Assembly (NCBI GenBank): GCA_005222975.1
Contig: NJBI01000005.1
Span: 1-64,000, forward strand
Direction of reading: 5' to 3'
DNA: 64,000 bases
Source of the DNA: Promethearchaeota archaeon Loki_b31
Lineage (GTDB): Archaea; Asgardarchaeota; Lokiarchaeia; Sigyniarchaeales; SOKP01
In this document: positions 39,272 through 49,216 of the stretch, one piece after another
Position numbering within the stretch: the first letter of the stretch is position 1
How the letters are laid out: the number at the start of each line of letters is the position of its first letter
Notes under the pieces: model-generated
Told to the model about the DNA's origin: nothing
Database searches by the model: none
Seen by the model: only the letters and a program-made list of their open reading frames with translations
Position numbers and translations under genes: made by a program

Positions 39272-40057
39272 TTATTGAAGATAGAACTCTGGTCTTCTAT
39301 CATTTAGTATATCATTATAACTATTAAGTTTTTTATCTCTTGTGTGGATTACATCAATTTCTATAAATTTAATATAGACTTTATCCATTGGTGCGGACGA
39401 GAGTATGTCCCCATTATAAGACGTGATTTGGCTTCCCCCCGTAAACTTAAAATCGTCTTCTCCCCTTACTTCGTTGCCAATTCTGTTAGAAGTTACAGCA
39501 AAAACGCGATTTACCAAACAATGAGTAGTCATAGCTTTTTGGCAATACGGAAGTACTAAGTTAGCGGGATGCGCAATGATATCGGCTCCAAGAAGCGTGA
39601 GCGTACGAATTGTCTCCGGAAAAAACCAATCGAAACAAATCATTATTCCGATTTTCACATTGTTTACTTCATAAATTCGTAAAGGCTTGTTTCCAGGAGA
39701 GAACCATAGGCGTTCTTTATAGTATAGATGGATTTTCCTATATGTGCCAATAACTTCATTTTTTGAAACTATCATCGCAGAATTGAATATTTCATCGCCA
39801 TCTTTCTCAATAAATCCTCCAATTACGACCCCACCTGTATCTTTTGATAATTTCTTTAGAAATTGAGCGGTTTGCCCGTTAATGTCTTCCGCTAAGGATT
39901 CAGCTTCTTTTTTAGAAATGAAAGCGTAACCTGTTGCGAAAAGTTCAGGTAATACAATTAAATCTGCTTTGGTATTGCTTAATAAAATCGTTACTTGTTC
40001 AAAGTTTTGAGTTTTTTCGCTAAAGGTTGGAGAGGTTTGAACATAACCAATTTTCAT
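39272..40057 (-). CDS. Nitrilase-family amidase/acyltransferase
   Basis: VLPELF, YRKIHL and ICFDWFFPE catalytic triad; 2 nt downstream of the LbH module C gene. Confidence 0.92.
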   Translation of the reverse strand: MKIGYVQTSPTFSEKTQNFEQVTILLSNTKADLIVLPELFATGYAFISKKEAESLAEDINGQTAQFLKKLSKDTGGVVIGGFIEKDGDEIFNSAMIVSKNEVIGTYRKIHLYYKERLWFSPGNKPLRIYEVNNVKIGIMICFDWFFPETIRTLTLLGADIIAHPANLVLPYCQKAMTTHCLVNRVFAVTSNRIGNEVRGEDDFKFTGGSQITSYNGDILSSAPMDKVYIKFIEIDVIHTRDKKLNSYNDILNDRRPEFYLQ

Positions 40058-40059
40058 GA

Positions 40060-40986
40060 TTAATCCTTTTCTTCAGTTTTTTCTATAGTTATTTCTTCGG
40101 ATTTTTCTTTTCTTATGTGAATTCTTCTTTCTTTGAGAGGTATTTTTTTTTTAACTTGCCGTTTAACATATTGTTCGTCGTATTTCTTTAATAATCCGTC
40201 AAGGTCTCCAATGGTTTTAGTAAGTTTTTCGAGTGGAATGTCTTCGAAAAATCTATTTTTCTTGAATTTTTTCGCAGGACCCCCATTGTACACCCAACCT
40301 TCTTCTAGTTCTTGACCTACCATTGTAGACGACCAAGTGTTTAAAATACAGTTTTTTCCTATATGGGTGCCTGGCATAATTATTATATGTGCGCCTATTC
40401 TAACGTTTTCTTCAATGATAGTTTTTTTAATGATTAAAAAGTTTCCTATAATAACTGAAGATTGTATTATAGCGCCCTGGCCAACAACTACATTTTTACC
40501 GAACTCAATATATTCAGTATCCACCCAACCTTCAAAAAGCGAGTTAGAAAATTTTGTTTTTACACCAAATACCTTGAAACAAATATTGTCTAAAAATGGA
40601 AAGGGAAATTTATGCGCGAGCCAGGTTGGCCACTTTTTAATTGTATTTCTAAGACTCCAATATCTATAATCCTTGTCTGCGGGATCCCTTAGAAAAACGC
40701 CTTCTCTTGGTTTGTGAAAAACATTAACTATAATTAATAAAATTTTAGCAAAGAATATCGCAGCAAACACGGTTGTGATGTACATTACAATGAAAAAAAG
40801 AGGTAAAAACACGTAGAAATGAAGTGGTCTTATATCATACCACAACATTTGCCAATACCACCAAATTTCCAATATCGCAGGAAGTAGACTTATCCATATT
40901 AAAAAAATATACATAAGCAGATACTTTTTCTTAGCCAGTACGGTTGCACAAAAAGGACCTATGCGCATTGAATTCGGAACGCTCAC
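40060..40986 (-). CDS. Membrane protein with LbH domain, module C, copy 2
   Basis: Close paralog of 34858-35835 (MS.PN.MRIGPF, DKDYRYW, FSNSLFEGWVDTE). Confidence 0.85.
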   Translation of the reverse strand: MSVPNSMRIGPFCATVLAKKKYLLMYIFLIWISLLPAILEIWWYWQMLWYDIRPLHFYVFLPLFFIVMYITTVFAAIFFAKILLIIVNVFHKPREGVFLRDPADKDYRYWSLRNTIKKWPTWLAHKFPFPFLDNICFKVFGVKTKFSNSLFEGWVDTEYIEFGKNVVVGQGAIIQSSVIIGNFLIIKKTIIEENVRIGAHIIIMPGTHIGKNCILNTWSSTMVGQELEEGWVYNGGPAKKFKKNRFFEDIPLEKLTKTIGDLDGLLKKYDEQYVKRQVKKKIPLKERRIHIRKEKSEEITIEKTEEKD

Positions 40987-41894
40987 TTTTTAACGCCTCC
41001 CTTTTTTCTTCTAAATAAATGTTTTTTATCTTCGTCGATATTAACTTCGTGCTCTACCTCAATTTTTTCTTCTTCGTCAACATCTACTTTTTGTATAATA
41101 TCTCTTCTCATTTCAGCGTATTGATTAGGTTTTAATTTTCTAGCCGGAATACCTGAATATATCCACCCGTCTTCTAGTTTTTGATTAAGAGTGGTAACTG
41201 ATACCGCACCTAAAACAGTATCTTTTCCAAAGTGAGTTCCAGGGGCAATCGTGCTCTGCCCTCCAATAAGAGCGAAATCTTCGAAAGTTATTCTTTTAAT
41301 GATTAGATAATTACCTACTACCATTGAGCTCATTATTACTGCCCCTTGACCGATAGTTACGTTGCTTCCAAACTTAATAAATTCAGCGTCACACCAGGCA
41401 TCGTTCAAGTGGCTTGAGAAATCCATACTTACTCCAAACCAACGAAATGCTATTACATCTATCCAAGGTAAAGGCCAGTTTCTTATTAGCCACAAAACAA
41501 TCTTCTTTATTTCGGTTCTTAACCTCCAAAATTCAAAATCCGTGTCTCCCTTCTCAGTTCGGAATATTCCTTCTTTGGGAAGGTGAATTAAATTTATTAA
41601 AATTAACAGAAGCTTACTAAAAAAGAAGCAACTAATAATAAATAGAAATGTGAACGCTAACAATAAAAGTGGTAAAAATAACAATTTAATTATCCATGGT
41701 AGTTTGCTTACAGTGTAGCCGTACCAAAAAGTTGCTACAATAATACCTGAAAACCAAAAAATTGGTAAATATACTATTAAAAACTTAAGACTAACTCTGT
41801 TTATAGCAGAACTTGTAGTAAAATCAATATTAAAGTCAGAGTCATCATCTATGTTTTCAGGACCTTTATTTTCATCTTCTATAGTTTCAGCCAT
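40983..41894 (-). CDS. Membrane protein with LbH domain, module B, copy 2
   Basis: DFTTSSAI.RV, HLNDAWCDAEF and IMSSMVVG are shared with the C-half of 35838-37676. Confidence 0.85.
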   Translation of the reverse strand: MAETIEDENKGPENIDDDSDFNIDFTTSSAINRVSLKFLIVYLPIFWFSGIIVATFWYGYTVSKLPWIIKLLFLPLLLLAFTFLFIISCFFFSKLLLILINLIHLPKEGIFRTEKGDTDFEFWRLRTEIKKIVLWLIRNWPLPWIDVIAFRWFGVSMDFSSHLNDAWCDAEFIKFGSNVTIGQGAVIMSSMVVGNYLIIKRITFEDFALIGGQSTIAPGTHFGKDTVLGAVSVTTLNQKLEDGWIYSGIPARKLKPNQYAEMRRDIIQKVDVDEEEKIEVEHEVNIDEDKKHLFRRKKGGVKK

Positions 41895-41896
41895 TT

Positions 41897-42847
41897 TTAT
41901 CTCACGCCTTTATTTTTTATTTTTTTTTCATTTTTTTCAGCTTCTTTTTTTATCCTCTCTAACTTTGCGTTTTCTTGCTTAACTCTTAAGTCTTCAGCCT
42001 GAACTAAATTATCTTCGTTAACCTTTAAATAATCCATAATTTTCTTTTTAAATATTCTACGCAAAGGCAAGCCAAAGTAGTAATTATTTCCTTTTAACAA
42101 ATTATGCTTAGTTGCTGCTGCCATTGGCAATAGATAGGAATTATCTCTTAGGTCGCAACCAGGGGCAATGTTATTAAAACCCCCTAAAGTAACATTTTCT
42201 CCTAGCTTTATTTCAAAGTACACAATATTTCCGAAAATCCCCTCAACAAAATGGCTAGAGAGTGCCGAATTAACGCCAATATAGCAGTTTTTTCCGATGT
42301 TTACATTTCTATCCGTAACTACTGATTCTTCGAGCGTAGAACCCTTTTTAATTACGCTGGTTCCTACAAAATTAAAAAACCAATTTGCTAACCAAGGAAA
42401 TATTCCTTTCATGAAAGCATTTTTTCCGTATTTAATCATAAAGGATCTTATATGGTATAAATTAGCAGTTTTAGAAGGGATGTTTCTTGGAATAATGCCA
42501 TCTTTACTAGGTGAAATTTTTTCCGTATATCTCCAGATAATTCGCGAGATCAAACCTACTAAAAATAAGTGGATCAAATAGCTCACAATAAGAACTAACG
42601 GTAAGGCTAAAAAAGATAGTAAAGAATCAAGGTTCGTAAAGACAACAAACAGGTTATCTACCCTTAAAAAGAGTGGGATAAAAACTAATAAGACATACGC
42701 CATAAAAACAATTCCCGGTATTAAATATGAACAATAGTATATAACAAAAAAGATACTCAAATACCAATGGAATTGGAGTTTAATTTTTTCTTTAGCAACT
42801 TCACCATCAGAGTCACTCATATCAGGCGGTTCAATTTCGTCTAACAT
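41897..42847 (-). CDS. Membrane protein with LbH domain, module A, copy 2
   Basis: PSKDGIIPRNI, GKNCYIGVNSALSSHFVEGIFG are shared with the N-half of 35838-37676. Confidence 0.85.
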   Translation of the reverse strand: MLDEIEPPDMSDSDGEVAKEKIKLQFHWYLSIFFVIYYCSYLIPGIVFMAYVLLVFIPLFLRVDNLFVVFTNLDSLLSFLALPLVLIVSYLIHLFLVGLISRIIWRYTEKISPSKDGIIPRNIPSKTANLYHIRSFMIKYGKNAFMKGIFPWLANWFFNFVGTSVIKKGSTLEESVVTDRNVNIGKNCYIGVNSALSSHFVEGIFGNIVYFEIKLGENVTLGGFNNIAPGCDLRDNSYLLPMAAATKHNLLKGNNYYFGLPLRRIFKKKIMDYLKVNEDNLVQAEDLRVKQENAKLERIKKEAEKNEKKIKNKGVR

Positions 42848-43296
42848 TTTTTACTACACCAATATTATCGTTAAAATAGATTGTTTTTAGTATTTGAACT
42901 TTCTAAATCAAATTTAATATTATTAATATTAATAATATAGTAATCAATTTCAATTTTTTTTTTTAAATATGCTAACCAATAAAAAGATATTAATAATGAA
43001 GGTTTCTATAAGTTATAAAAACCGACATAAATATATTAGAAAACCATAAGAGATGTAATATAGATAAGTCGTTAAAAATTTAAACTAATTGGGTAATTGA
43101 ATAGTAGATGTAGAATTAAAAGAAATATGCAAGATTTTAACAGATTCATCAATCGCTTAATAAGATTGAATCAATAATTTTATATTATATTATAACTTAA
43201 ATTAAAAATTAGGTTAAGGCAATTAAAATTTAGATATTTTTAATAACGCCGATAAAATTAATGTATTAACCATTATCGCAATTAAGGAGTAAAATA

Positions 43297-46200
43297 ATGT
43301 CTGAAAATTCGTTTTCATTAGTAGATTTGTATCCAAAATATGTAATAAACTCGAAAGGAGAAAAGAAAAAATTCGAAGTTACTAACATAGCAAAAGTATT
43401 AAACAAAGAAACTGGTCTTGATATGCACATTGCGGAAAAAGTTACAGAAGATGTAGTTCGAATAATTATTGGTCTAGGAGTTGATGAGATCACTACTAAT
43501 TACATTAGAGAATTAGTATGTGTCGAGCTAACCCAACGAGGTTTAAATAAATACCGAAATCTATTCGCCCGAGCTATCAATTTGGAAAACATATCTTTCA
43601 CGTTAGACGACAATTTTATTGCTAAATTTATAGGGAAACAACCTGATTGGGGGCCTTTAGGGCACATCACATACAAAAGAACTTACGCCAGAGTTGTAGA
43701 AGGAGAGAACAGAAAAGAAGAATTCTGGGAAACGATCAAAAGAGTTGTCGAAGGTTGTTATTCAATCCAAAAAGAGCACTGCATTAAGTTAAGTTTACCT
43801 TGGACCGATGCTAAAGCTCAGAATTCTGCTCAAATAATGTATGAAAAAATCTGGAATTTTAAGTTTTTACCTCCAGGAAGAGGTCTTTGGATGATGGGGA
43901 CCGAATTTATCGCACGTCACGGTTCCATGTCGCTTAATAACTGTGGTTTTGCCTCTACCGACGATATTAACTTAAAATACTCGAAAGCGTTTCAATTTGT
44001 GATGGATGCGCTAATGTTGGGTGTGGGGGTAGGTTTTGATACGAAAGGAGCGGGTAAAATTACAATTAAAAAACCTATAGAAGATCATTTTACTTTTCAA
44101 ATACCCGATAGTAGAGAAGGTTGGGTGGAAGCACTTAAACTTGTTATAGAAGCGTATTTTTTAGGTAAGCGAATTCCAAAGTTTGATTTTAGCTTAATCA
44201 GGTCTGCAGGTCAGCCAATTAGAGGCTTTGGAGGGATTGCCAGCGGTCCAGACCCTTTAAAGGATATGTTGATGAATATTCAAAAGATTTTAGAAGCTCG
44301 AATTGGTCAATCAATAAGTTCACTTGACATTTTGGATATTATGAATCTCATTGGAAAATGCGTCGTCGCTGGAAATGTTAGGCGTAGTGCTGAGATTGCA
44401 TTAGGGGAAGCCACCGATTTAGAGTTTATAAAGTGCAAACAAGACAAAGAAAAACTTTATTCGCATAGATGGGCAAGCAATAACAGTATATTTGCAAAAA
44501 AAGGATTAGACTATTCTTTCATAGCAGATCAGATTTCCGTGAATGGAGAACCGGGAATTCTTTGGTTAGAAAACGCAAAAGCGTATTCTCGAATGGGAAA
44601 CCCACCAGACCATAAAGATAAGAAAGCTGCGGGCGTGAACCCTTGCATTACAGGTGATACATTGATTGCTGTCGCTGATGGTAGGAATGCTGTAGCAATA
44701 AAACTATTGGCAGAAGAAGGAAACGATGTTCCTGTGTACTGTAAAGATGATAAAGGATTAACAGTAATAAGAATGATGAGAAATCCAAGAATTACAGGCT
44801 ATAATGAGAAAATATATGAAGTAAAATTGGATGATGATAGTATAATAAAATGCACAGGAAATCATAAGTTTATTTTAAGGAATAAAACATCTAAAGAAGC
44901 TAGAGAATTAAGAAATGGAGATAGTCTAATGATAACGCCAAAATGGCAGACAACTTGGGCAGAGATAATGGGAGAAGAAAAGAAGAAAAGATCAATTTAT
45001 TGGATGTTAAATAATGGAATGAAAAATACTTTCGAACATTCATTTATTTATGAACAATTTAATAAATGTAAAATTCCCAGTGGGTATGTTCTCCATCATA
45101 AAGACAAGGATGGTTTGAATAATAGAAAAAGTAATTTAGAACTTATGCTAAAGGATGATCATGATTCTTTACACGATATATCAGGTGATAAAAATCCTAT
45201 GCGTATTTGGTATCCCCATGCTACTCCTGAAGAAAAACAACAATATCATCAAAGGATGTCGAAAGCTACTTCCGGTACCAAAAACCCAAGATATTCTGGA
45301 ATCTCTAATGAGCAAATTTATAATGAGATGATTTCCTATATCAAAAGAACAAATGAACCATTAACTATTCCCGCTTGGAAAGAATATTCAAAAGAAATAG
45401 GATTAATATCTTCTTTTACTGAATTTCGTGGTTCATTATTGAATTTCATTAAAAGAGCGAATATTGAATCTGGATTTGAACATTTAGATAACCCAGCTCT
45501 AATGAGAGAATATAAAAAATATATTAATTTACTGAAAGAAAGCGATCTTGAGTTAATTTTTGAAGATGGTATGTTTGTTGTAAAATATTGTGCATTATGT
45601 AGAAGGGAATTTAAAGTAAAATATGGCAGACGAGAGCAAGCTTATTGTTCACATAAATGTGCTAATAAAATAGCTGCAATTAAGGCAGGCGCAGCGATGA
45701 AAAATAAAGGAAAAAGAAATCAACAAGAAGCTAGAAGAAAATTATGTCAATTATTTGCTCAATATATTTATGAACAAAATGAGGTTCCTCAGTTAGCTGA
45801 TTTCTTAAAGTTTATTAAAGAAAATGGAATCAACGATTTTAGAACTGCTGGAATCTATAAAGGTTATCAATATGTAATGGATAAGATCACTGAGAAATAT
45901 GTTTGTCAAAGAATCTCTGTTCGCTCATTAAGTAAACATCAGTATAGGCAACAAATGGCACTAAAACTAAAAGACTGTGGTCTATCTTATAACCATAAAG
46001 TTGTATCAGTTAATTATATTGGGGAAACTACAGTTTATAACGGCACAGTCGATGATTTCCATAATTATGGAATTATTCTAACTGAAAAAGAAACTAAATC
46101 AGGTAGACCAAAACTTGAAATGATTTTTACTGCGAATTGCGGAGAACAAACACTAGAGTCATTCGAGCTTTGTTGTTTGGTTGAAACCTTCCCTTCAAGG

Positions 46201-47025
46201 CATGAATCATACGAAGAGTATCAAAACACTCTAAAGTACGCTTATTTGTATGCCAAATCTGTTACGCTCGTAAATACGCATTGGCAAGAAACTAACGCAG
46301 TGATGCTTAAGAATAGGCGAATGGGAATTTCACAAACAGGAATAATTGAAGCTTTTGTGAAATATGGGAGAAGGACTATATTAGACTGGTGCGATAAAGG
46401 CTATAAATATTTACGAGAATTGGACGAGGAATATTCTGATTGGTTGTGCGTCCCAAAATCGATAAAAATTACTACGGTTAAACCGAGCGGAACCGTTAGC
46501 TTACTTCCGGGAGTCACTCCTGGAATTCATTATCCTCATTCAGAATACTATATTAGAAGAATTCGCATTTCGAAGAATTCTGATTTGATAGAACCCATTA
46601 AAAACGCGGGTTATCGCATAGAGGACGATTCTTATTCTCCTAATACTATTGTAGTCGAATTTCCCGTCCACGAACAATTATTTGAACGTTCCAAGGACGA
46701 TGTTTCCATATGGGAACAAGCGGAAAATGCCGCAGACTATCAAAAATATTGGTCCGACAACCAAGTATCAATTACGATTACATTTAAGCAAGACGAGGCA
46801 AAACAGATTAAACACGTGCTGGAGTGCTTTGAAGATAAGCTAAAAAGCGTGAGTTTTTTACCGATTAAAGAACACGGTTACAAACAAGCTCCTTACGAAG
46901 AAATCACAAAAGAAAAATTCGAGGAAATGGTTTCAAAACTTAAACCTTTAGATTTGGATAAAACAAAAGATAGAGCAATAGGAAGTAAGTTTTGTGATTC
47001 GGAGGCTTGTGAAATTAAGCTTTAA
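43297..47025 (+). CDS. nrdJ: Class II (B12-dependent) ribonucleoside-triphosphate reductase with N-terminal ATP cone, intein-containing
   Basis: YKRTYAR, PPGRGLW, LNNCGF, GNVRRSAE, NP/CGEQ active site, TVKPSGTVS, C-terminal CDSEAC. Confidence 0.95.
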   Translation: MSENSFSLVDLYPKYVINSKGEKKKFEVTNIAKVLNKETGLDMHIAEKVTEDVVRIIIGLGVDEITTNYIRELVCVELTQRGLNKYRNLFARAINLENISFTLDDNFIAKFIGKQPDWGPLGHITYKRTYARVVEGENRKEEFWETIKRVVEGCYSIQKEHCIKLSLPWTDAKAQNSAQIMYEKIWNFKFLPPGRGLWMMGTEFIARHGSMSLNNCGFASTDDINLKYSKAFQFVMDALMLGVGVGFDTKGAGKITIKKPIEDHFTFQIPDSREGWVEALKLVIEAYFLGKRIPKFDFSLIRSAGQPIRGFGGIASGPDPLKDMLMNIQKILEARIGQSISSLDILDIMNLIGKCVVAGNVRRSAEIALGEATDLEFIKCKQDKEKLYSHRWASNNSIFAKKGLDYSFIADQISVNGEPGILWLENAKAYSRMGNPPDHKDKKAAGVNPCITGDTLIAVADGRNAVAIKLLAEEGNDVPVYCKDDKGLTVIRMMRNPRITGYNEKIYEVKLDDDSIIKCTGNHKFILRNKTSKEARELRNGDSLMITPKWQTTWAEIMGEEKKKRSIYWMLNNGMKNTFEHSFIYEQFNKCKIPSGYVLHHKDKDGLNNRKSNLELMLKDDHDSLHDISGDKNPMRIWYPHATPEEKQQYHQRMSKATSGTKNPRYSGISNEQIYNEMISYIKRTNEPLTIPAWKEYSKEIGLISSFTEFRGSLLNFIKRANIESGFEHLDNPALMREYKKYINLLKESDLELIFEDGMFVVKYCALCRREFKVKYGRREQAYCSHKCANKIAAIKAGAAMKNKGKRNQQEARRKLCQLFAQYIYEQNEVPQLADFLKFIKENGINDFRTAGIYKGYQYVMDKITEKYVCQRISVRSLSKHQYRQQMALKLKDCGLSYNHKVVSVNYIGETTVYNGTVDDFHNYGIILTEKETKSGRPKLEMIFTANCGEQTLESFELCCLVETFPSRHESYEEYQNTLKYAYLYAKSVTLVNTHWQETNAVMLKNRRMGISQTGIIEAFVKYGRRTILDWCDKGYKYLRELDEEYSDWLCVPKSIKITTVKPSGTVSLLPGVTPGIHYPHSEYYIRRIRISKNSDLIEPIKNAGYRIEDDSYSPNTIVVEFPVHEQLFERSKDDVSIWEQAENAADYQKYWSDNQVSITITFKQDEAKQIKHVLECFEDKLKSVSFLPIKEHGYKQAPYEEITKEKFEEMVSKLKPLDLDKTKDRAIGSKFCDSEACEIKL
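44644..46137 (+). mobile_element. Intein (498 aa) with HNH homing endonuclease, inserted in the RNR NP^C active-site motif
   Basis: Begins CITGDTLI; block B CTGNHKF; HNH motif HHKDKDGLNNRKSNL; block F VYNGTV; ends IFTAN before Cys+1. Removal restores GVNPCGEQ. Confidence 0.93.
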
Positions 47026-47240
47026 ATTAGTATTTAGCTAATTATAATATCTTTTATCTTTTCTTAATGTATATCTTGCCTAAAAATTGTCAACTTAAAA
47101 CAATAAAATTATTAACTTCAAACAATATTTGTATAACTAATAAAATTCTTAAGAAAAAATGTCTTATTAAGAAAAAATTAAAAGCTATCTAAGAAATTTA
47201 ATTTTATTACAAGAATAAAATAATGGAAGAGTGAATAAGT

Positions 47241-48149
47241 ATGGAAAATGATCCTGAAGAAGATAAAAAAAAGAGAAAGGAAAGAGCGAAGGCAAGGGCT
47301 GCTCCTACGAAAAAAAAAGTAGCTAAACCAAAAAAAGGTGAGGAAGTTCAAAAACCTAGGGGAAAAATTGTTTATAAAAAGATAAAAGTCAATTTTTGGA
47401 GAACTCGTTTGCACGACGAGGAATTGGGCATACATCAACAACTCAAATATACCGCAAAAACACGTTGGTTTTCTAAAAACTTCGATATCGAAGGTGTAAT
47501 TGAAATAGACGACCAAAAGAAAAATATCATTGCTTTTAATAAGGAGCAATGGGAAGAGAGCCCGATAGAGGAGAAGAGACTCGTGTGCCGTTATTTTACG
47601 ATTATGGAAGAAACTATGGCATCAACGGCTAAAGGTGGTAATTTTAAAGGGGGAATAGAGTTAAGCATAGCTCATTCTCTCATTCAGAGTTTTGAAATTA
47701 AGCACCCCGGACCGGTTTTTTACGCACAAATTCCAGGAGTAAAAAGTTTAATTCGATTCGTAAGAGGATGGCGATTCATCGGTTCACGTTGGACCTTCCC
47801 CCTCTTACCTGAAGAAAAAGGCGATAAGCTCCAGATGGTTTTAGCAAAAGGAGTTGTCGGTCCCGGGAGGAACTATAAATTTTTAATCGGAAAGAAAATA
47901 ATTGCGAGAATAGATGGGCATCCTATACAAAAAGAATATATTCTTGAAATCTTCGATGAAGATTACGCAAAAGACAAAACTTTTGTTCGCTATATGATAC
48001 TTTTTGGCTTGGCTTGTAACTTTATGGACGAGGCTAAAAAAATAGTTAAAAGATTGTATAAAAAGATGAAATCAACAGGTACTACAGATTATAAGATACC
48101 CAAAACTGAACTTGACCTTTTCCGCAACCCCAGAATGATGAGAAGGTAA
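47241..48149 (+). CDS. Hypothetical protein, possibly LURP-one/tubby-C (scramblase-like) fold
   Basis: Lys-rich N-terminus, beta-rich core, C-terminal hydrophobic helix (YMILFGLACNF). The fold call is tentative. Confidence 0.5.
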   Translation: MENDPEEDKKKRKERAKARAAPTKKKVAKPKKGEEVQKPRGKIVYKKIKVNFWRTRLHDEELGIHQQLKYTAKTRWFSKNFDIEGVIEIDDQKKNIIAFNKEQWEESPIEEKRLVCRYFTIMEETMASTAKGGNFKGGIELSIAHSLIQSFEIKHPGPVFYAQIPGVKSLIRFVRGWRFIGSRWTFPLLPEEKGDKLQMVLAKGVVGPGRNYKFLIGKKIIARIDGHPIQKEYILEIFDEDYAKDKTFVRYMILFGLACNFMDEAKKIVKRLYKKMKSTGTTDYKIPKTELDLFRNPRMMRR

Positions 48150-48310
48150 AATTTACATATAATAAACTTTTTTATTTTTTCTAATTTTTTTTAAAAAGAC
48201 TTTTACAAGAAGATCTACAATTTAATACTTACTTAAAAACTAATAAGAATTAATAAAAAATTAAGAAAAAAAATAGGAAAGAATCTTTTTTATTTTTTTA
48301 AATTTTGAGT

Positions 48311-49081
48311 TTAGCTCAACATTTTGCGTTTCCAAGACTTGTAGGCTCTAGTTTCCTTTCCTCGATAAATCGCTTTTTTTCCAGTTTGTTTTTCGTAGAT
48401 TTTATGAAGACTTTCGTCGTCTTCTCCCTTTAATTCTTCTCTTCTAATTTCGTCTTCGATTTCGTCTTCTTCTTCTATTCTTTTAACGCGTTTGAGGACG
48501 ATAAAGACTCCATGATTCCAAATAGCAAACCCCAAATAGACAAGCATCACAATAACAAATAACATTAATCCAACAAACAAAACCCAATCTCCAGGGTTGA
48601 AATGCGTTATAATGTAATACCAAAAGTCCCTAACTAAGTCTACGAAAAATGTAGGAACTATTACGACAAATAATGTTATGAGAAATAGATAAACACTAAT
48701 TAGTGTTACTGCTATTAAGAGTCTTAGCGTTGTGTAGTCTTCGTACTTCTTGGCTAATATTCTATCCTTGAAGAGTCTCTGGCATAATCTAAGTATACCT
48801 CCTCGAAATAAAGTATAAAATAGGACGAGCAAAAACATATGTAATACGATAATCCCCACGATAATTAAAGCGGCGGCACCAGGACCCCAACCTGCTACTA
48901 TTTCCCATCTACCCGATTCTATTAACCATCCAATAATCGTTAACCAAATGCCTAAAATCGTGATTGCTGAAGAAACTATAATTGAGTAATAAATCGCTTT
49001 AGCAATGCGTAAATCCCAGGTTGAATACTCGTCTAAGGGATTAGCCGCTCTCGTTGGTTCTCTTCTTGGTTTTCTAGGCAT
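48311..49081 (-). CDS. Four-TM membrane protein, unknown function
   Basis: Four hydrophobic helices and a charged C-terminal tail. Confidence 0.75.
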   Translation of the reverse strand: MPRKPRREPTRAANPLDEYSTWDLRIAKAIYYSIIVSSAITILGIWLTIIGWLIESGRWEIVAGWGPGAAALIIVGIIVLHMFLLVLFYTLFRGGILRLCQRLFKDRILAKKYEDYTTLRLLIAVTLISVYLFLITLFVVIVPTFFVDLVRDFWYYIITHFNPGDWVLFVGLMLFVIVMLVYLGFAIWNHGVFIVLKRVKRIEEEDEIEDEIRREELKGEDDESLHKIYEKQTGKKAIYRGKETRAYKSWKRKMLS

Positions 49082-49216
49082 AATTTTTTCACTCTCAAAT
49101 ATTTTAAATTAGATTTTCAAATTTTTATTATTATATTATATGTATTTTAATTTATTTGAATGTTTTCTATTTAATTATTAAATAATAAGTGATTGATAAG
49201 ATTCTAAAAATTAAAA

